NCBI GenBank assembly: GCA_964016885.1
Contig: OZ024741.1
Coordinates: forward strand, 217,496,001-217,560,000
Reading direction: 5' to 3'
DNA length: 64,000 bases
From: Eledone cirrhosa
Lineage: Eukaryota
In this document: positions 52,085 to 64,000 of the stretch, one piece after another
How the letters are laid out: the number at the start of each line of letters is the position of its first letter
Numbering within the stretch: the stretch's first letter is position 1
The notes under the pieces: generated by a model
The model's database searches: none
Seen by the model: only the letters and a program-made list of their open reading frames with translations
Told to the model about the DNA's origin: nothing
Made by a program: the position numbers and the translations under genes

Positions 52085-55000
52085 AGACTGTGCTTACTAT
52101 GTGTCAAGACTGTGTCTCCTATGTGTCTAGACTGTGTCTCCTATGTGTCTCCTATGTGTCTAGACTGTGTCTCCTATGTGTCTAGACTGTGTCTCCTATG
52201 TGTCTAGACTGTGTCTCCTATGTGTCTAGACTGTGTCTCCTATATGTCAAGACTGTGTCTCCTATATGTCAAGACTGTGTCTCCTATATGTCAAGACTGT
52301 GTCTCCTATGTGTCAAGACTGTGTCTCCTATATGTCAAGACTGTGTCTCCTATATGTCAAGACTGTGTCTCCTATGTGTCAAGACTGTGTCTCCTATGTG
52401 TCAAGACTGTCTCCTATATGTCAAGACTGTGTCTCCTATGTGTCTAGACTGTGTCTCCTATGTGTCTAGACTGTGTCTCCTATATGTCTAGACTGTGTCT
52501 CCTATGTGTCAAGACTGTGTCTCCTATGTGTCTAGACTGTGTCTCCTATATGTCTAGACTGTGTCTCCTATATGTCTAGACTGTGTCTCCTATATGTCTA
52601 GACTGTGTCTCCTATGTGTCTAGACTGTGTCTCCTATATGTCAAGACTGTGTCTCCTATGTGTCAAGACTGTGTCTCCTATGTGTCTAGACTGTGTCTCC
52701 TATATGTCTAGACTGTGTCTCCTATATGTCTAGACTGTGTCTCCTATGTGTCTAGACTGTGTCTCCTATATGTCAAGACTGTGTCTCCTCTGTGTCAAGA
52801 CTGTCTCTCCTATGTGTCTAGACTGTGTCTCCTATATGTCAAGACTGTGTCTCCTATATGTCTAGACTGTGTCTCCTATATGTCAAGACTGTGTCTCCTA
52901 TATGTCTGGACTGCGTCTCCTATGTGTCAAGACTGTGTCTCCTATGTGTCTAGACTGTGTCTCCTATGTGTCTAGACTGTGTTTCCTATATGTCAAGACT
53001 GTGTCTCCTATGTGTCAAGACTGTGTCTCCTATGTGTCAAGACTGTGTCTCCTATGTGTCTCCTATATGTCAAGACTGTGTCTCCTATGTGTCAAGACTG
53101 TGTCTCCTATGTGTCTAGACTGTGTCTCCTATATGTCAAGACTGTGTCTCCTATGCATCTAGACTGTGTCTCCTATATGTCAAGACTGTGTCTCCTATAT
53201 GTCTAGACTGTGTCTCCTATGTGTCTAGACTGTGTCTCCTATGTGTCAAGACTGTGTCTCCTATGTGTCAAGACTGTGTCTCCTATGTGTCAAGACTGTG
53301 TCTCCTATGTGTCTAGACTGTGTCTCCTATGTGTCAAGACTGTGTCTCCTATGTGTCAAGACTGTGTCTCCTATGTGTCAAGACTGAGTCTCCTATGTGT
53401 CAAGGCTGTGTCTCCTATGTGTCAAGACTGTGTCTCCTATATGTCAAGACTGTGTCTCCTATGTGTCTAGACTGTGTCTCCTATGTGTCAAGACTGTGTC
53501 TCCTATGTGTCTCCTATATGTCAAGACTGTGTCTCCTATATGTCTAGACTGTGTCTCCTATGTGTCTAGACTGTGTCTCCTATGTGTCAAGACTGTGTCT
53601 TCTATGTGTCTAGACTGTGTCTCCTATATGTCAAGACTGTGTCTCCTATATGTCTAGACTGTGTCTCCTATGTGTCTAGACTGTGTCTCCTATGTGTCAA
53701 GACTGTCTCCTATGTGTCTAGACTGTGTCTCCTATGTGTCAAGACTGTGTCTCCTATGTGTCAAGACTGTCTCCTATGTGTCAAGACTGTGTCTCCTATG
53801 TGTCAAGACTGTGTCTCCTATGTGTCTAGACTGTGTCTCCTATATGTCAAGACTGTGTCTCCTATATGTCTAGACTGTGTCTCCTATATGTCTAGACTGT
53901 GTCTCCTATGTGTCTAGACTGTGTCTCCTATGTGTCTAGACTGTGTCTCCTATGTGTCAAGACTGTGTCTCCTATATGTCAAGACTGTGTCTCCTATATG
54001 TCAAGACTGTGTCTCCTATATGTCAAGACTGTGTCTCCTATGTGTCAAGACTGTCTCCTATGTGTCAAGACTGTCTCCTATGTGTCAAGACTGTGTCTCC
54101 TATGTGTCAAGACTGTGTCTCCTATGTGTCTAGACTGTGTCTCCTATGTGTCTAGACTGTGTCTCCTATGTGTCAAGACTGTGTCTCCTATGTGTCTAGA
54201 CTGTGTCTCCTATGTGTCAAGACTGTGTCTCCTATGTGTCTAGACTGTGTCTCCTATATGTCAAGACTGTGTCTCCTATGTGTCTAGACTGTGTCTCCTA
54301 TATGTCAAGACTTTGTCTCCTATATGTCAAGACTGTGTCTCCTATATGTCTAGACTGTGTCTCCTATGTGTCTAGACTGTGTCTCCTATGTGTCAAGACT
54401 GTGTCTTCTATGTGTCTAGACTGTGTCTCCTATATGTCAAGACTGTGTCTCCTATGTGTCTAGACTGTGTCTCCTATATGTCTAGACTGTGTCTCCTATA
54501 TGTCTAGACTGTGTCTCCTATATGTCTAGACTGTGTCTCCTATGTGTCTAGACTGTATCTCCTATGTGTCTAGACTGTGTCTCCTATGTGTCTAGACTGT
54601 GTCTCCTATGTGTCAAGACTGTGTCTCCTATGTGTCAAGACTGTGTCTCCTATGTGTCTAGACTGTGTCTCCTATATGTCAAGACTGTGTCTCCTATGTG
54701 TCAAGACTGTGTCTCCTATGTGTCTAGACTGTGTCTCCTATATGTCTAGACTGTGTCTCCTATGTGTCAAGACTGTGTCTCCTATATGTCTAGACTGTGT
54801 CTCCTATGTGTCTAGACTGTATCTCCTATGTGTCTAGACTGTGTCTCCTATGTGTCTAGACTGTGTCTCCTATGTGTCAAGACTGTGTCTCCTATGTGTC
54901 AAGACTGTGTCTCCTATGTGTCAAGACTGTGTCTCCTATATGTCTAGACTGTGTCTCCTATATGTCAAGACTGTGTCTCCTATGTGTCAAGACTGTGTCT

Positions 55001-56800
55001 CCTATGTGTCTAGACTGTGTCTCCTATATGTCAAGACTGTGTCTCCTATGTGTCTAGACTGTGTCTCCTTTGTGTCTAGACTGTGTCTCCTATATGTCTA
55101 GACTGTGTCTCCTATGTGTCTAGACTGTGTCTCCTATATGTCAAGACTGTGTCTCCTATGTGTCTAGACTGTGTCTCCTATATGTCTAGACTGTGTCTCC
55201 TATGTGTCAAGACTGTGTCTCCTATATGTCTAGACTGTGTCTCCTATGTGTCTAGACTGTGTCTCCTATATGTCAAGACTGTGTCTCCTATGTGTCTAGA
55301 CTGTGTCTCCTATATGTCAAGACTGTGTCTCCTATGTGTCTAGACTGTGTCTCCTATATGTCTAGACTGTGTCTCCTATGTGTCTAGACTGTGTCTCCTA
55401 TATGTCTAGACTGTGTCTCCTATGTGTCAAGACTGTGTCTCCTATATGTCAAGACTGTGTCTCCTATGTGTCTAGACTGTGTCTCCTATATGTCTAGACT
55501 GTGTCTCCTATGTGTCTAGACTGTGTCTCTTATATGTCTAGACTGTGTCTCCTATGTGTCAAGACTGTGTCTCCTATATGTCAAGACTGTGTCTCCTATG
55601 TGTCTAGACTGTGTCTCCTATATGTCAAGACTGTGTCTCCTATATGTCTAGACTGTGTCTCCTATGTGTCTAGACTGTGTCTCCTATGTGTCAAGACTGT
55701 GTCTCTTATATGTCTAGACTGTGTCTCCTATGTGTCTAGACTGTGTCTTCTATGTGTCTAGACTGTGTCTCCTATGTGTCTAGACTGTGTCTCCTATGTG
55801 TCTAGACTGTGTCTCCTATATGTCAAGACTGTGTCTCCTATGTGTCAAGACTGTGTCTCCTATGTGTCTAGACTGTGTCTCCTATATGTCTAGACTGTGT
55901 CTCCTATGTGTCTAGACTGTGTCTCCTATATGTCAAGACTGTGTCTCCTATGTGTCTAGACTGTGTCTCCTATGTGTCTAGACTGTGTCTCCTATATGTC
56001 TAGACTGTGTCTCCTATATGTCTAGACTGTGTCTCCTATATGTCAAGACTGTGTCTCCTATGTGTCAAGACTGTGTCTCCTATGTGTCTAGACTGTGTCT
56101 CCTATATGTCAAGACTGTGTCTCCTATGTGTCTAGACTGTGTCTCCTATGTGTCTAGACTGTGTCTCCTATATGTCTGGACTGTGTCTCCTATGTGTCTA
56201 GACTGTGTCTCCTATATGTCAAGACTGTGTCTCCTATGTGTCTAGACTGTGTCTCCTATATGTCAAGACTGTGTCTCCTATGTGTCTAGACTGTGTCTCC
56301 TATGTGTCTAGACTGTATCTCCTATGTGTCTAGACTGTATCTCCTATGTGTCAAGACTGTGTCTCCTATGTGTCAAGACTGTGTCTCCTATATGTCAAGA
56401 CTGTGTCTCCTATGTGTCAAGACTGTGTCTCCTATGTGTCTAGACTGTGTCTCCTATGTGTCTCGACTGTGTTTCCTATGTGTCTAGACTGTGTCTCCTA
56501 TATGTCTAGACTGTGTCTCCTATATGTCTAGACTGTGTCTCCTATGTGTCTAGACTGTGTCTCCTATATGTCTAGACTGTGTCTCCTATGTGTCTAGACT
56601 GTGTCTCCTATATGTCTAGACTGTGTCTCCTATGTGTCAAGACTGTGTCTCCTATATGTCTAGACTGTGTCTCCTATGTGTCTAGACTGTGTCTCCTATA
56701 TGTCTAGACTGTGTCTCCTATGTGTCTAGACTGTGTCTTCTATGTGTCTAGACTGTGTCTAGACTGTGTCTTCTATGTGTCTTCTATGTGTCAAGACTGT
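52085..56800. repeat. 22-bp minisatellite (2 x 11 bp), ~210 copies, two dimorphic positions
   Basis: Unit GACTGTGTCTCCTAT(G/A)TGTC(T/A)A. Confidence 0.97.
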
Positions 56801-57299
56801 GCTCTGTGTGTCAAGACTGCAACCCCCCCTCCCTCCCATGTGTCAAGACAGCTCCTGTGTGTCAAAACAGTGCCCTCTATATGTCAAGACTGCCCCTTAT
56901 GTGTCCAGGAGTTATGGGTTCTTTATCTCGGTTTACTTAATCTACCATTCTTGATTACAATGGCAAGTGTTAGTTAAAATGGGCTAGCTTTGCAAACCCA
57001 AACACATACACACAGACCCATATACATAGAACCTTACACATGTACACACAAACCCATACTCATGTACACACACGTACACATGCATGTACACCTGTATATA
57101 CACATAGGGTCTTTTTGAGGCAATGTTTTACAGCTGGATGCCCTTCCTGTCACCAACCCTTTTATTCACATCATACAACATGGCAGGGATATGGTGTATA
57201 TATTCTAAACTGAATATATACAGTATCATTTAAAAAAAATTAAAATGTAGCTACTAGATAGCAAACCTTTCACTGCTAAGGTGAAAAATAATTAGTCTC

Positions 57300-57413
57300 A
57301 ATTGTTGGTGCTGACAGAGGAGAGGACCATGATAAATGGAGAGATGCTGTGCTGAAGAGGACCCGTCCAACCTTTGAAAGCAGGGAAAAGCGGATGTAAA
57401 ATGATGATGATGA
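57300..57413 (+). mobile_element. RTE LINE 3' fragment
   Basis: Matches 24019-24108 and ends in (TGA)n. Confidence 0.85.
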
Positions 57414-59091
57414 TATTTGTGCTTTACTACACTGATTTTCTATTGACTCTAAATATGTTAGTATGATCATGCTTGTAATTTCTTTCTTAGTCACATATTG
57501 GTAATAATACACATGTACAGTATTTAAACTTGAGCTTCTTCCCTTATCTCAAAACTGTAATGGAAGCTCTGGACAGTGTATTTCATTAGAATATTGTCAG
57601 AGAAGGGTTAAATCTTCCTAAATGGAGCATTTTCTTTTGGTTTCTATTGAGGCTGGTGTTATATATAAACAATGAGTTATTTGGTTTGTTGATTATTCAA
57701 CAAAGTTTATTTACAAACAGATAAGAAGCACTCAATGGTTTTTTTTTGGAGTATCATTAATATCAATAATATTAATATCAATAATATTAATAAATATGGT
57801 TTTATAAAGATATTTTCCATTTATTAATATTATTGATATATATATTCAAAATAGTGGATGCACAGGACAAAGACAATGGAAAAACAGACAGTCCCATCTC
57901 CTCAGTCAACCTTTGGAAATCACTACAGTTTTGGTCATTAAGATTGATACTATTCATTCCAGTAGACATTGGGATATAACAAAACAGGTAGAGACAAGTT
58001 ATACCTTTAGACAAATTACACAAATATAAAGTGCGCAAGGGCTTAGCCAAAGGAGAAAAAATATAGAAAGGAGAGAATATATTTATATATATATTATCAT
58101 CATCATCACTGTTTAATGTTCTTTTTTCCATGCTAGTGTGGGTTATATATAGTGGAACCTCAGTTCATGAACTTAATTCATTCCTGAAGGCCATTTGTAA
58201 ACCGAAACTATTTTTCTCAGACGAAATGTTGAAAGAGAAAGACTGTGAAAGACAGATAAATATCACCATAGTAACTAACTACATAGCAAGTGACGTTTTC
58301 CCACCAATACTCCCAGCTTGTTGTCAACCGTTGTTGCCAGCTTGTTCATTACTTGAGACACTGATCATTAACCAAGATGTTTTATAAAATTGTGAACCGA
58401 TTTGTTCGTGATGAGAGGCGTTAGTGAACTGAGTTTATACTGTACATATGCAAAATGTAAACAGAAACACCAAAGCAAACAACACAGTACAACAAAGAAA
58501 TATATTAGTTTAACGCTTGGTAGAGTAGGAAAAGTGTCTTTATGTTTCAGACACTAGTCTTTCATGAGAAGATAACATAAGAAATGAAAAAAGATAGAAA
58601 GTGAGAAGAGAAATGAATGGAAAACATTTTTTGAGAAGAAGCACGTGTCAGCCATATATATATATACACACATATATATTATATATATATATATATGTAT
58701 ATGTATTGTAGTTCAAGAATAGACAAGACAAACACTGAGATGCAAAGACACAAATGTATGTATTTATGTATGTATGTGTGTGTATTTATGTATGTATGTT
58801 AGTATATGTGTGTTTGTATAATGTATAGCATGTATATGTATAGCTAAATAATGGTGAGCACTTTATAGCCAAGAAGTACAGCTCAGGTGGGTTATCTTTC
58901 TATCCCTGGTTTTGGATTCCCGCTTCACTTCACTAGCTCTGCTATTATTTCCTCACAAACAACAGAAACAGTTGTCATAGTTTACATTGATATTGCTTGA
59001 CCCTTTCAATGTAGGGCCTTTGTGCCTTTGACAAAGGAAACCCCTATATTTAGCTAGATCTCTTTACAGACCTTGTGGAATCTAAACCTTG

Positions 59092-59128
<37 letters not shown>

Positions 59129-59239
59129 GTTGTAACAATTGTTAAACTGCCTAATGTATCAATAAATATACACAGATTTATATCTGCCTCTCTATCTATC
59201 TGTTTGTCTGTCTATATCTATCTACCTACACACATGCCT

Positions 59240-59830
59240 GCCACCCTGTCAGGTGGTAGCATTGGTGCCATGACAAAATGCACACAGTCCACCCAATAAG
59301 ATGGTAGTGCTGGTGCCACAATAAAGAGTACCCAGTCCACACTGTCTTTGGTAGTGGCAATGTAATGATAAAGAGCACCCTATCCACCCTGTCAGAAGGC
59401 TATGGCAGTACTGTGATAAAAAACACCCAGTCCACTCTGTAAAGTGGTAGTTGTGATGTCATGATAAAGAGCACCCAGTCCACCCTGTAAGGTGGTAGTG
59501 TTAGTGCCATGATAAAATGCACCCTGTCCACCCTGTAGCATGGTAGTACTGGTGCCACAATAAAGAACAACCAGTGCACACTGTCAGCTGGTAGTGGTGT
59601 GCCATGATAAAAACACCCAGTCCACTCTGTAAAGTAGTAGTGCTGGTGTCACAAAGAGGACCCACATCACCCAGTTACGTGGTCGTGATGGTGTCACAAT
59701 AAAGAGGATCCAGTCCACACTGTCAAGTGGTAATGGCAGTGCCATGGTAAAGAGCACCCAGTTCTCTCTATCAAGTGATAGTGGTGGTGCCATTATAAAG
59801 AGCACCCAGTCCACCTTGTTAAGTGATAGT
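59240..59830 (+). repeat. Degenerate 48-bp SINE-derived array, opposite orientation to the big satellite; resumes at ~60995-61190
   Basis: GTGCCATGATAAAGAGCACCCAGTCCACTCTGTAAAGTGGTAGT units. Confidence 0.8.
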
Positions 59831-59988
59831 GCAGGAGTAGTGAAGCAAGAGGGAGGGCGAGGTTGGTGGTTCACCCCTGGCGACACTTTTATGGGGGCCT
59901 AATTTGGGGTCTGCTGTAGGCTACAAGTGTTCTTTTAACGCTGCAGCATAATATTATAATTGTCTACAGACTAATTAATATATATATA

Positions 59989-60866
59989 ATGAGAATGAAC
60001 CTAGCTAAGACAAAAGTGTTGATGTGTAGAAAAGAGGACAAAACTCTGATTCCATCAGGGAAATGGCCAGGTTCGATATGCAGAAAAGGAACTGGCATAA
60101 ATTCCATAAAATGTACACAATGCAGATCTTGGGTACACAAGAGATGTAGTGGGATAGCAGGCAAACTAACAGGTAGGGAGAAATATGTATGCAGTAGATG
60201 TACAGGGAAATTTGACAGTAGAAGTCGCATTGATAGACACATTTTTCAAATGCAGGTGGGTGCTATAGAAGTGGTGGATAGCTTCCGGTACCTAGGAGAT
60301 CAGATTAGCATGGGAGAGGGGTTCCGAGGCCATAGTCTCTAGAATAAGGGCGGGTTGGAAGAAGTTTAGGGAGCTGCTTCCTCTGCTGATGAAAAAGGGT
60401 TTCTCCCTGTGTACGAAAGGCCGGTTTTATGATGTCTGTGCGAGGAGCATGATGCTGCATGGTAGTGAGACATGGGCAGCAACTGCAGAGGATATGCGAC
60501 GGCTGGAGAGAAATGAGGCAAGTATGTTCCAATGGATGTGCAATGTAAATATGTGTGAACGACCCAGCATGGATGTGTTAAGAGAGAAATTGTGTCCGAG
60601 AGGGATAAATTGTAGTGTGCGGGAGAGGAGACTGCGATGGTATATACGTGATGCGGATGGAAGATGACCGATGGGTGAAGAAGTGCCAAGAAATGCCAGT
60701 TGAAGGAAGACCACGAAAAACATGAGCAGAGGTGGTGAGAGCAGACCTCAGATCGCTGAAGCTCACGGTAGAGATGACGAAGGACCGTGACAAGTGGAGA
60801 AGTGCCAAATAGGACCCATCCCACCCTTGCAAGCAGGGAAAAGTGGATGTAAAATGATGATGATGA
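59989..60866 (+). mobile_element. Second 5'-truncated RTE LINE copy, decayed
   Basis: Closely similar to 23209-24108, with frameshifts; (TGA)n tail. Confidence 0.92.
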
Positions 60867-61307
60867 ATACTTCAAGAGTTATATATTTATATATATTAAG
60901 AGCAATATGTATTTTTTGTGGGGGGCCTGCAGGTGGCAAACTGAAGGGCTGCTCTGGGCGGCACATACTAGCTACGTCACTGAGTGCGGCTGTCAGATAA
61001 AGAACACCCAGTCCACTCTGTTGAGTGATAGTGTGGGTGCCATGATAAAGAGCACCCAGTTCACTCTGTCAAATGATAGTGGTGGTGCCATGGTAAAGAG
61101 CACACAGTCTACTCTATCAAGTGATAGTGGTGGTGCCATGTTAAAACACTCCAATAACCCCTGTGAAGTGGTTGCAATTAAGAAAGGCCACCAGCAGTAA
61201 CAATCTTGTGTGAAAGCAGTGTATCAGTGAGACACAGTCGTCTGCCCTCTCTAGCCTCAGAACATGATAGCCTGTCTAACCCATGAAGCAAGGACAATAG
61301 ACATAAA

Positions 61308-61575
61308 ATGTGGCTTAGTGATTAGAGAAATGGGTTTGCAATACACTGTATTTCACATTGCTCCAGTTTACTCAGCTGATGAAATGAGTTGCGACGTCAC
61401 TGGTGCCAAGCTGTATTGACCTTTGTCTTTCTCTTCAACAGCATTGGTGGCGTCGAGAGGGGACACTGGCATGCATGGGTGACTGCTGGTCTTTCACAAA
61501 AACACTTTGACTGGACTTGTACCTCACAGGGGAACTTTCTAGGTGAAAAACCCATGGTCATCCATGACCAAAAGT
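61308..61575 (+). mobile_element. tRNA-derived SINE, partial
   Basis: TGTGGCTTAGTG head and TATTTCACATTGCTCCAGTTTACTCAGCTG core. Confidence 0.65.
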
Positions 61576-61608
61576 GGTCTTTAACCTTATATATGTATAT
61601 ATACATAT

Positions 61609-61883
61609 ATCACCTTGATCACCTTGATCAACCTGTCTGTCGGGCGTCCATTCGGCGCCGCTGGTCACAGCACGTCGTGCTGTTTTAGCCATAAGATAAC
61701 GCCATCCCACTGGCTGGGTGGGCAGGCCGGTACCTCTTCATCTCATTTTTTCTACAGCTGAGCAAACTGGAGCAACGTGAAATAAAGTGTCTTGCTCAAG
61801 GAAACAACACATCACCTGGTCTGAGAATTGAACTCACAACCTTTCGATTGCATGCCCAATGCTCTAACCACTAAGCCATGCGC
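61609..61883 (-). mobile_element. tRNA-derived SINE
   Basis: Homologous to 14175-14394; A/B boxes on the minus strand. Confidence 0.8.
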
Positions 61884-61900
61884 TATATATATATACATAT

Positions 61901-62093
61901 GACAAAGGAATTGTGGTAAGGAACCAGATGGACCATAACGCACCAGAGTACTCAATACTTAGAGTATTAGAGTGGGAAATAGGAAAAAGTAGGACCCCGA
62001 CGCAGAGCTCAAGCCGCTTCGACGGCTATTTCTGGACCAGAAATAGCCGTCGAAACGGCTTGAGCTCTGCCGTCGGGGTCCTACTTTTTCCTA
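61901..62093. mobile_element. Short hairpin (fold-back) element, copy 2
   Basis: Arms 61980-62034 / 62038-62093; same tail and apex as 12291-12486; TA flanks. Confidence 0.8.
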
Positions 62094-62100
62094 TATATAT

Positions 62101-62309
62101 ATCATCAACGTTTAACATCTATTTTCCACACTAGCATGGGTTAGGTGGTTTGTCCTGTTTGAGGCAAGTTGGGCGGGTCAGGTGACCATGTCTTGCTCAT
62201 ACAGAACTGTTTCTAGAGTGGTTACGGCTGGATGCCTTTCCTAATGCCAACCACATTTATAGTGTGGGCTGGGAGCTTTTTGTCGTGACATCTACATGAC
62301 CACTTTACA
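62101..62309 (-). mobile_element. Unexpanded SINE of the satellite-associated family
   Basis: Collinear with 28590-28795 but carries only ~1.3 copies of the 48-bp unit. Confidence 0.85.
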
Positions 62310-62357
<48 letters not shown>

Positions 62358-62519
62358 CATATATATATGTATAGATATATAATGTGTGTGTATATGTCTA
62401 TATATATGTGTGTATATCTATATAATCCTTATGGCTAATCGTTTCTATTTTAAAATTACGTAATATCACAGACCTAATCTATGAGAAGTCTTCAATACAC
62501 CCCCCCCCCCCCCTGCCAT

Positions 62520-62956
62520 TGTAAAGGGGGCGGTTTATATAGAGTTGCAACCAGATGAGAGAACAAAAACAAAAATAAATTAACTAAATTACTAATCTCT
62601 TAATATTTACAGAATCAAATATTTTGGAAGAAGAAGGTGGGAGTAGGGTAGTGTGGGGTGTGATGTGTTTATGTGGTGGGGACTTGGATTTTAATGACGT
62701 CATATCCGGTTGCTTGCCCATTCATGAAGAAAAATATTTCTCGGTGAATAACTTCCTGTATTGCACAAAACAGCATGTCTGTGTGCACGCACCTGCCGTG
62801 AGCTGCTCATGGGGTCCGGTGTTTCTGTTGGTTTAACTACCACCACCATCATCATCACTACAGCACCGCTAAACCACGTCTGCAGCCTGTCTTGTTGACT
62901 TCACTCTTACCAAAGTAGAATCAGTTTGTTTACATCGAACACGAAAATGTCTGCAG
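62520..62956 (+). promoter_or_regulatory. Candidate promoter and first exon of a downstream gene
   Basis: Locally CpG-richer unique DNA; GGGGCGG 62527-62533; TGACGTCA 62695-62702; ACTTCCTG 62751-62758; AAAATG TCT GCA G|GTATTT (ATG 62947, donor 62957). Motif-level evidence only. Confidence 0.35.
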
Positions 62957-63092
62957 GTATTTCTAAATGTGCGCGAAATTGTACATTCAAGTTTCTACTC
63001 ATGTTTTAAACAGCCATTTATTTCGACTTTTCGTTCTTAAAAATATAACCATATTTTGTGTGTGTATATCTCTCTCTCTCTCTATATATATA

Positions 63093-63123
<31 letters not shown>

Positions 63124-63652
63124 CGATCTATTTACTTATATATCCATCTATCTATATAAAGGGTGTTCTCCAAAAATGTATACACACTTCAACAGCATTC
63201 TAATAAATATTTCTTGTAAAGGTAATTAAAGTGTGTATACACTTTTTAGGGACACCCTGTATATATATATATATATATGCATGCGTTCTTTTACTGGTAC
63301 CAGTCATTGGACTGAGAACATGCTCGTACCACTTTCTATCTATCTGTCTGTCTGTCTGTCTCTTTATCTGTCTACATTTTCATCTTTCTTTCTATCTGTC
63401 ATTTATATTGTATACTCCGCTCACATGTTTGTCCGTTCTATGTACGCGTGTATATAAAACAGCGCCTTAATAACAATAGTATATATATGTATATATAATG
63501 TGTATATGTTTACAGAGGGGGTGGGGCAGGTTATTAAAAAATGTCGATGAAAATCAGTCTTTATTTTACACATTCATAATTGTCTTCTATTTGAAATAAA
63601 AATCGATACAAACGCGAGTCAACTACATGCACACACTCATACATAAACATAG

Positions 63653-63712
<60 letters not shown>

Positions 63713-64000
63713 ATATACACACAATGACACATATATACATAAACAGACACACATTGCTGTGTTTGTATATTTCTGTATACATAAACACACACACACACAC
63801 ACACACACGTGTGTACGTCCGTCCATATTCACAAGCAATACACTGTGTTAATTAAGAGACCGGTTCTCAAACTTGACGGTGTATGTATCTCGCCCCATAA
63901 CAATATATACTTTGTCAATATTATACAATTTTAATTCAATCTTGTAGTATATAGCCTAGCAATAAAATAGGGTGTATATATATATATATATATATGACCT

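Noticed and set aside
28736-56800. CRISPR-like appearance of the 48-bp and 22-bp arrays
   Set aside because: No unique spacers, variable parts are homologous between units, no cas genes, eukaryotic context.
58535-58576. Minus-strand CUCAUGA-AGAC/GUCU-GAAACAUA motif
   Set aside because: Core G is mutated and stem I is only 4 bp; probably a dead PLE remnant, too weak to call.

Overview
AT-rich, repeat-dense animal DNA. The SINE families, (TA)n/(CAT)n tracts and the Penelope/RTE/Helitron mix suggest an octopus or other coleoid cephalopod (inference). One host gene crosses the window on the + strand: the last five coding exons of a RhoBTB1/2-type gene (12663-13594, 15857-15975, 24908-25147, 27388-27536, 45094-45271), all GT-AG and phase-consistent. 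Its introns hold (i) an intact, young Penelope-like retroelement (RT + GIY-YIG ORF 4238-6457) inside a multi-kb (TA)n array, with direct and inverted pseudo-LTRs that each carry a type I hammerhead ribozyme; (ii) a decayed 3.7-kb Helitron; (iii) a 5'-truncated RTE LINE; and (iv) a 16.3-kb 48-bp satellite with 2663-bp higher-order repeats that grew out of a SINE. The most unusual signals are: multiple intronic 'echo' copies of the gene's own exon boundaries, with mostly synonymous differences; the same SINE-internal 48-bp unit at several stages of expansion; several miniature fold-back elements with Penelope architecture and ribozyme cores; and an inverted pseudo-LTR more diverged than the two direct copies. 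A possible promoter and first exon of the next gene lies near 62.5-63.0 kb. All alignments and folds were done by eye.
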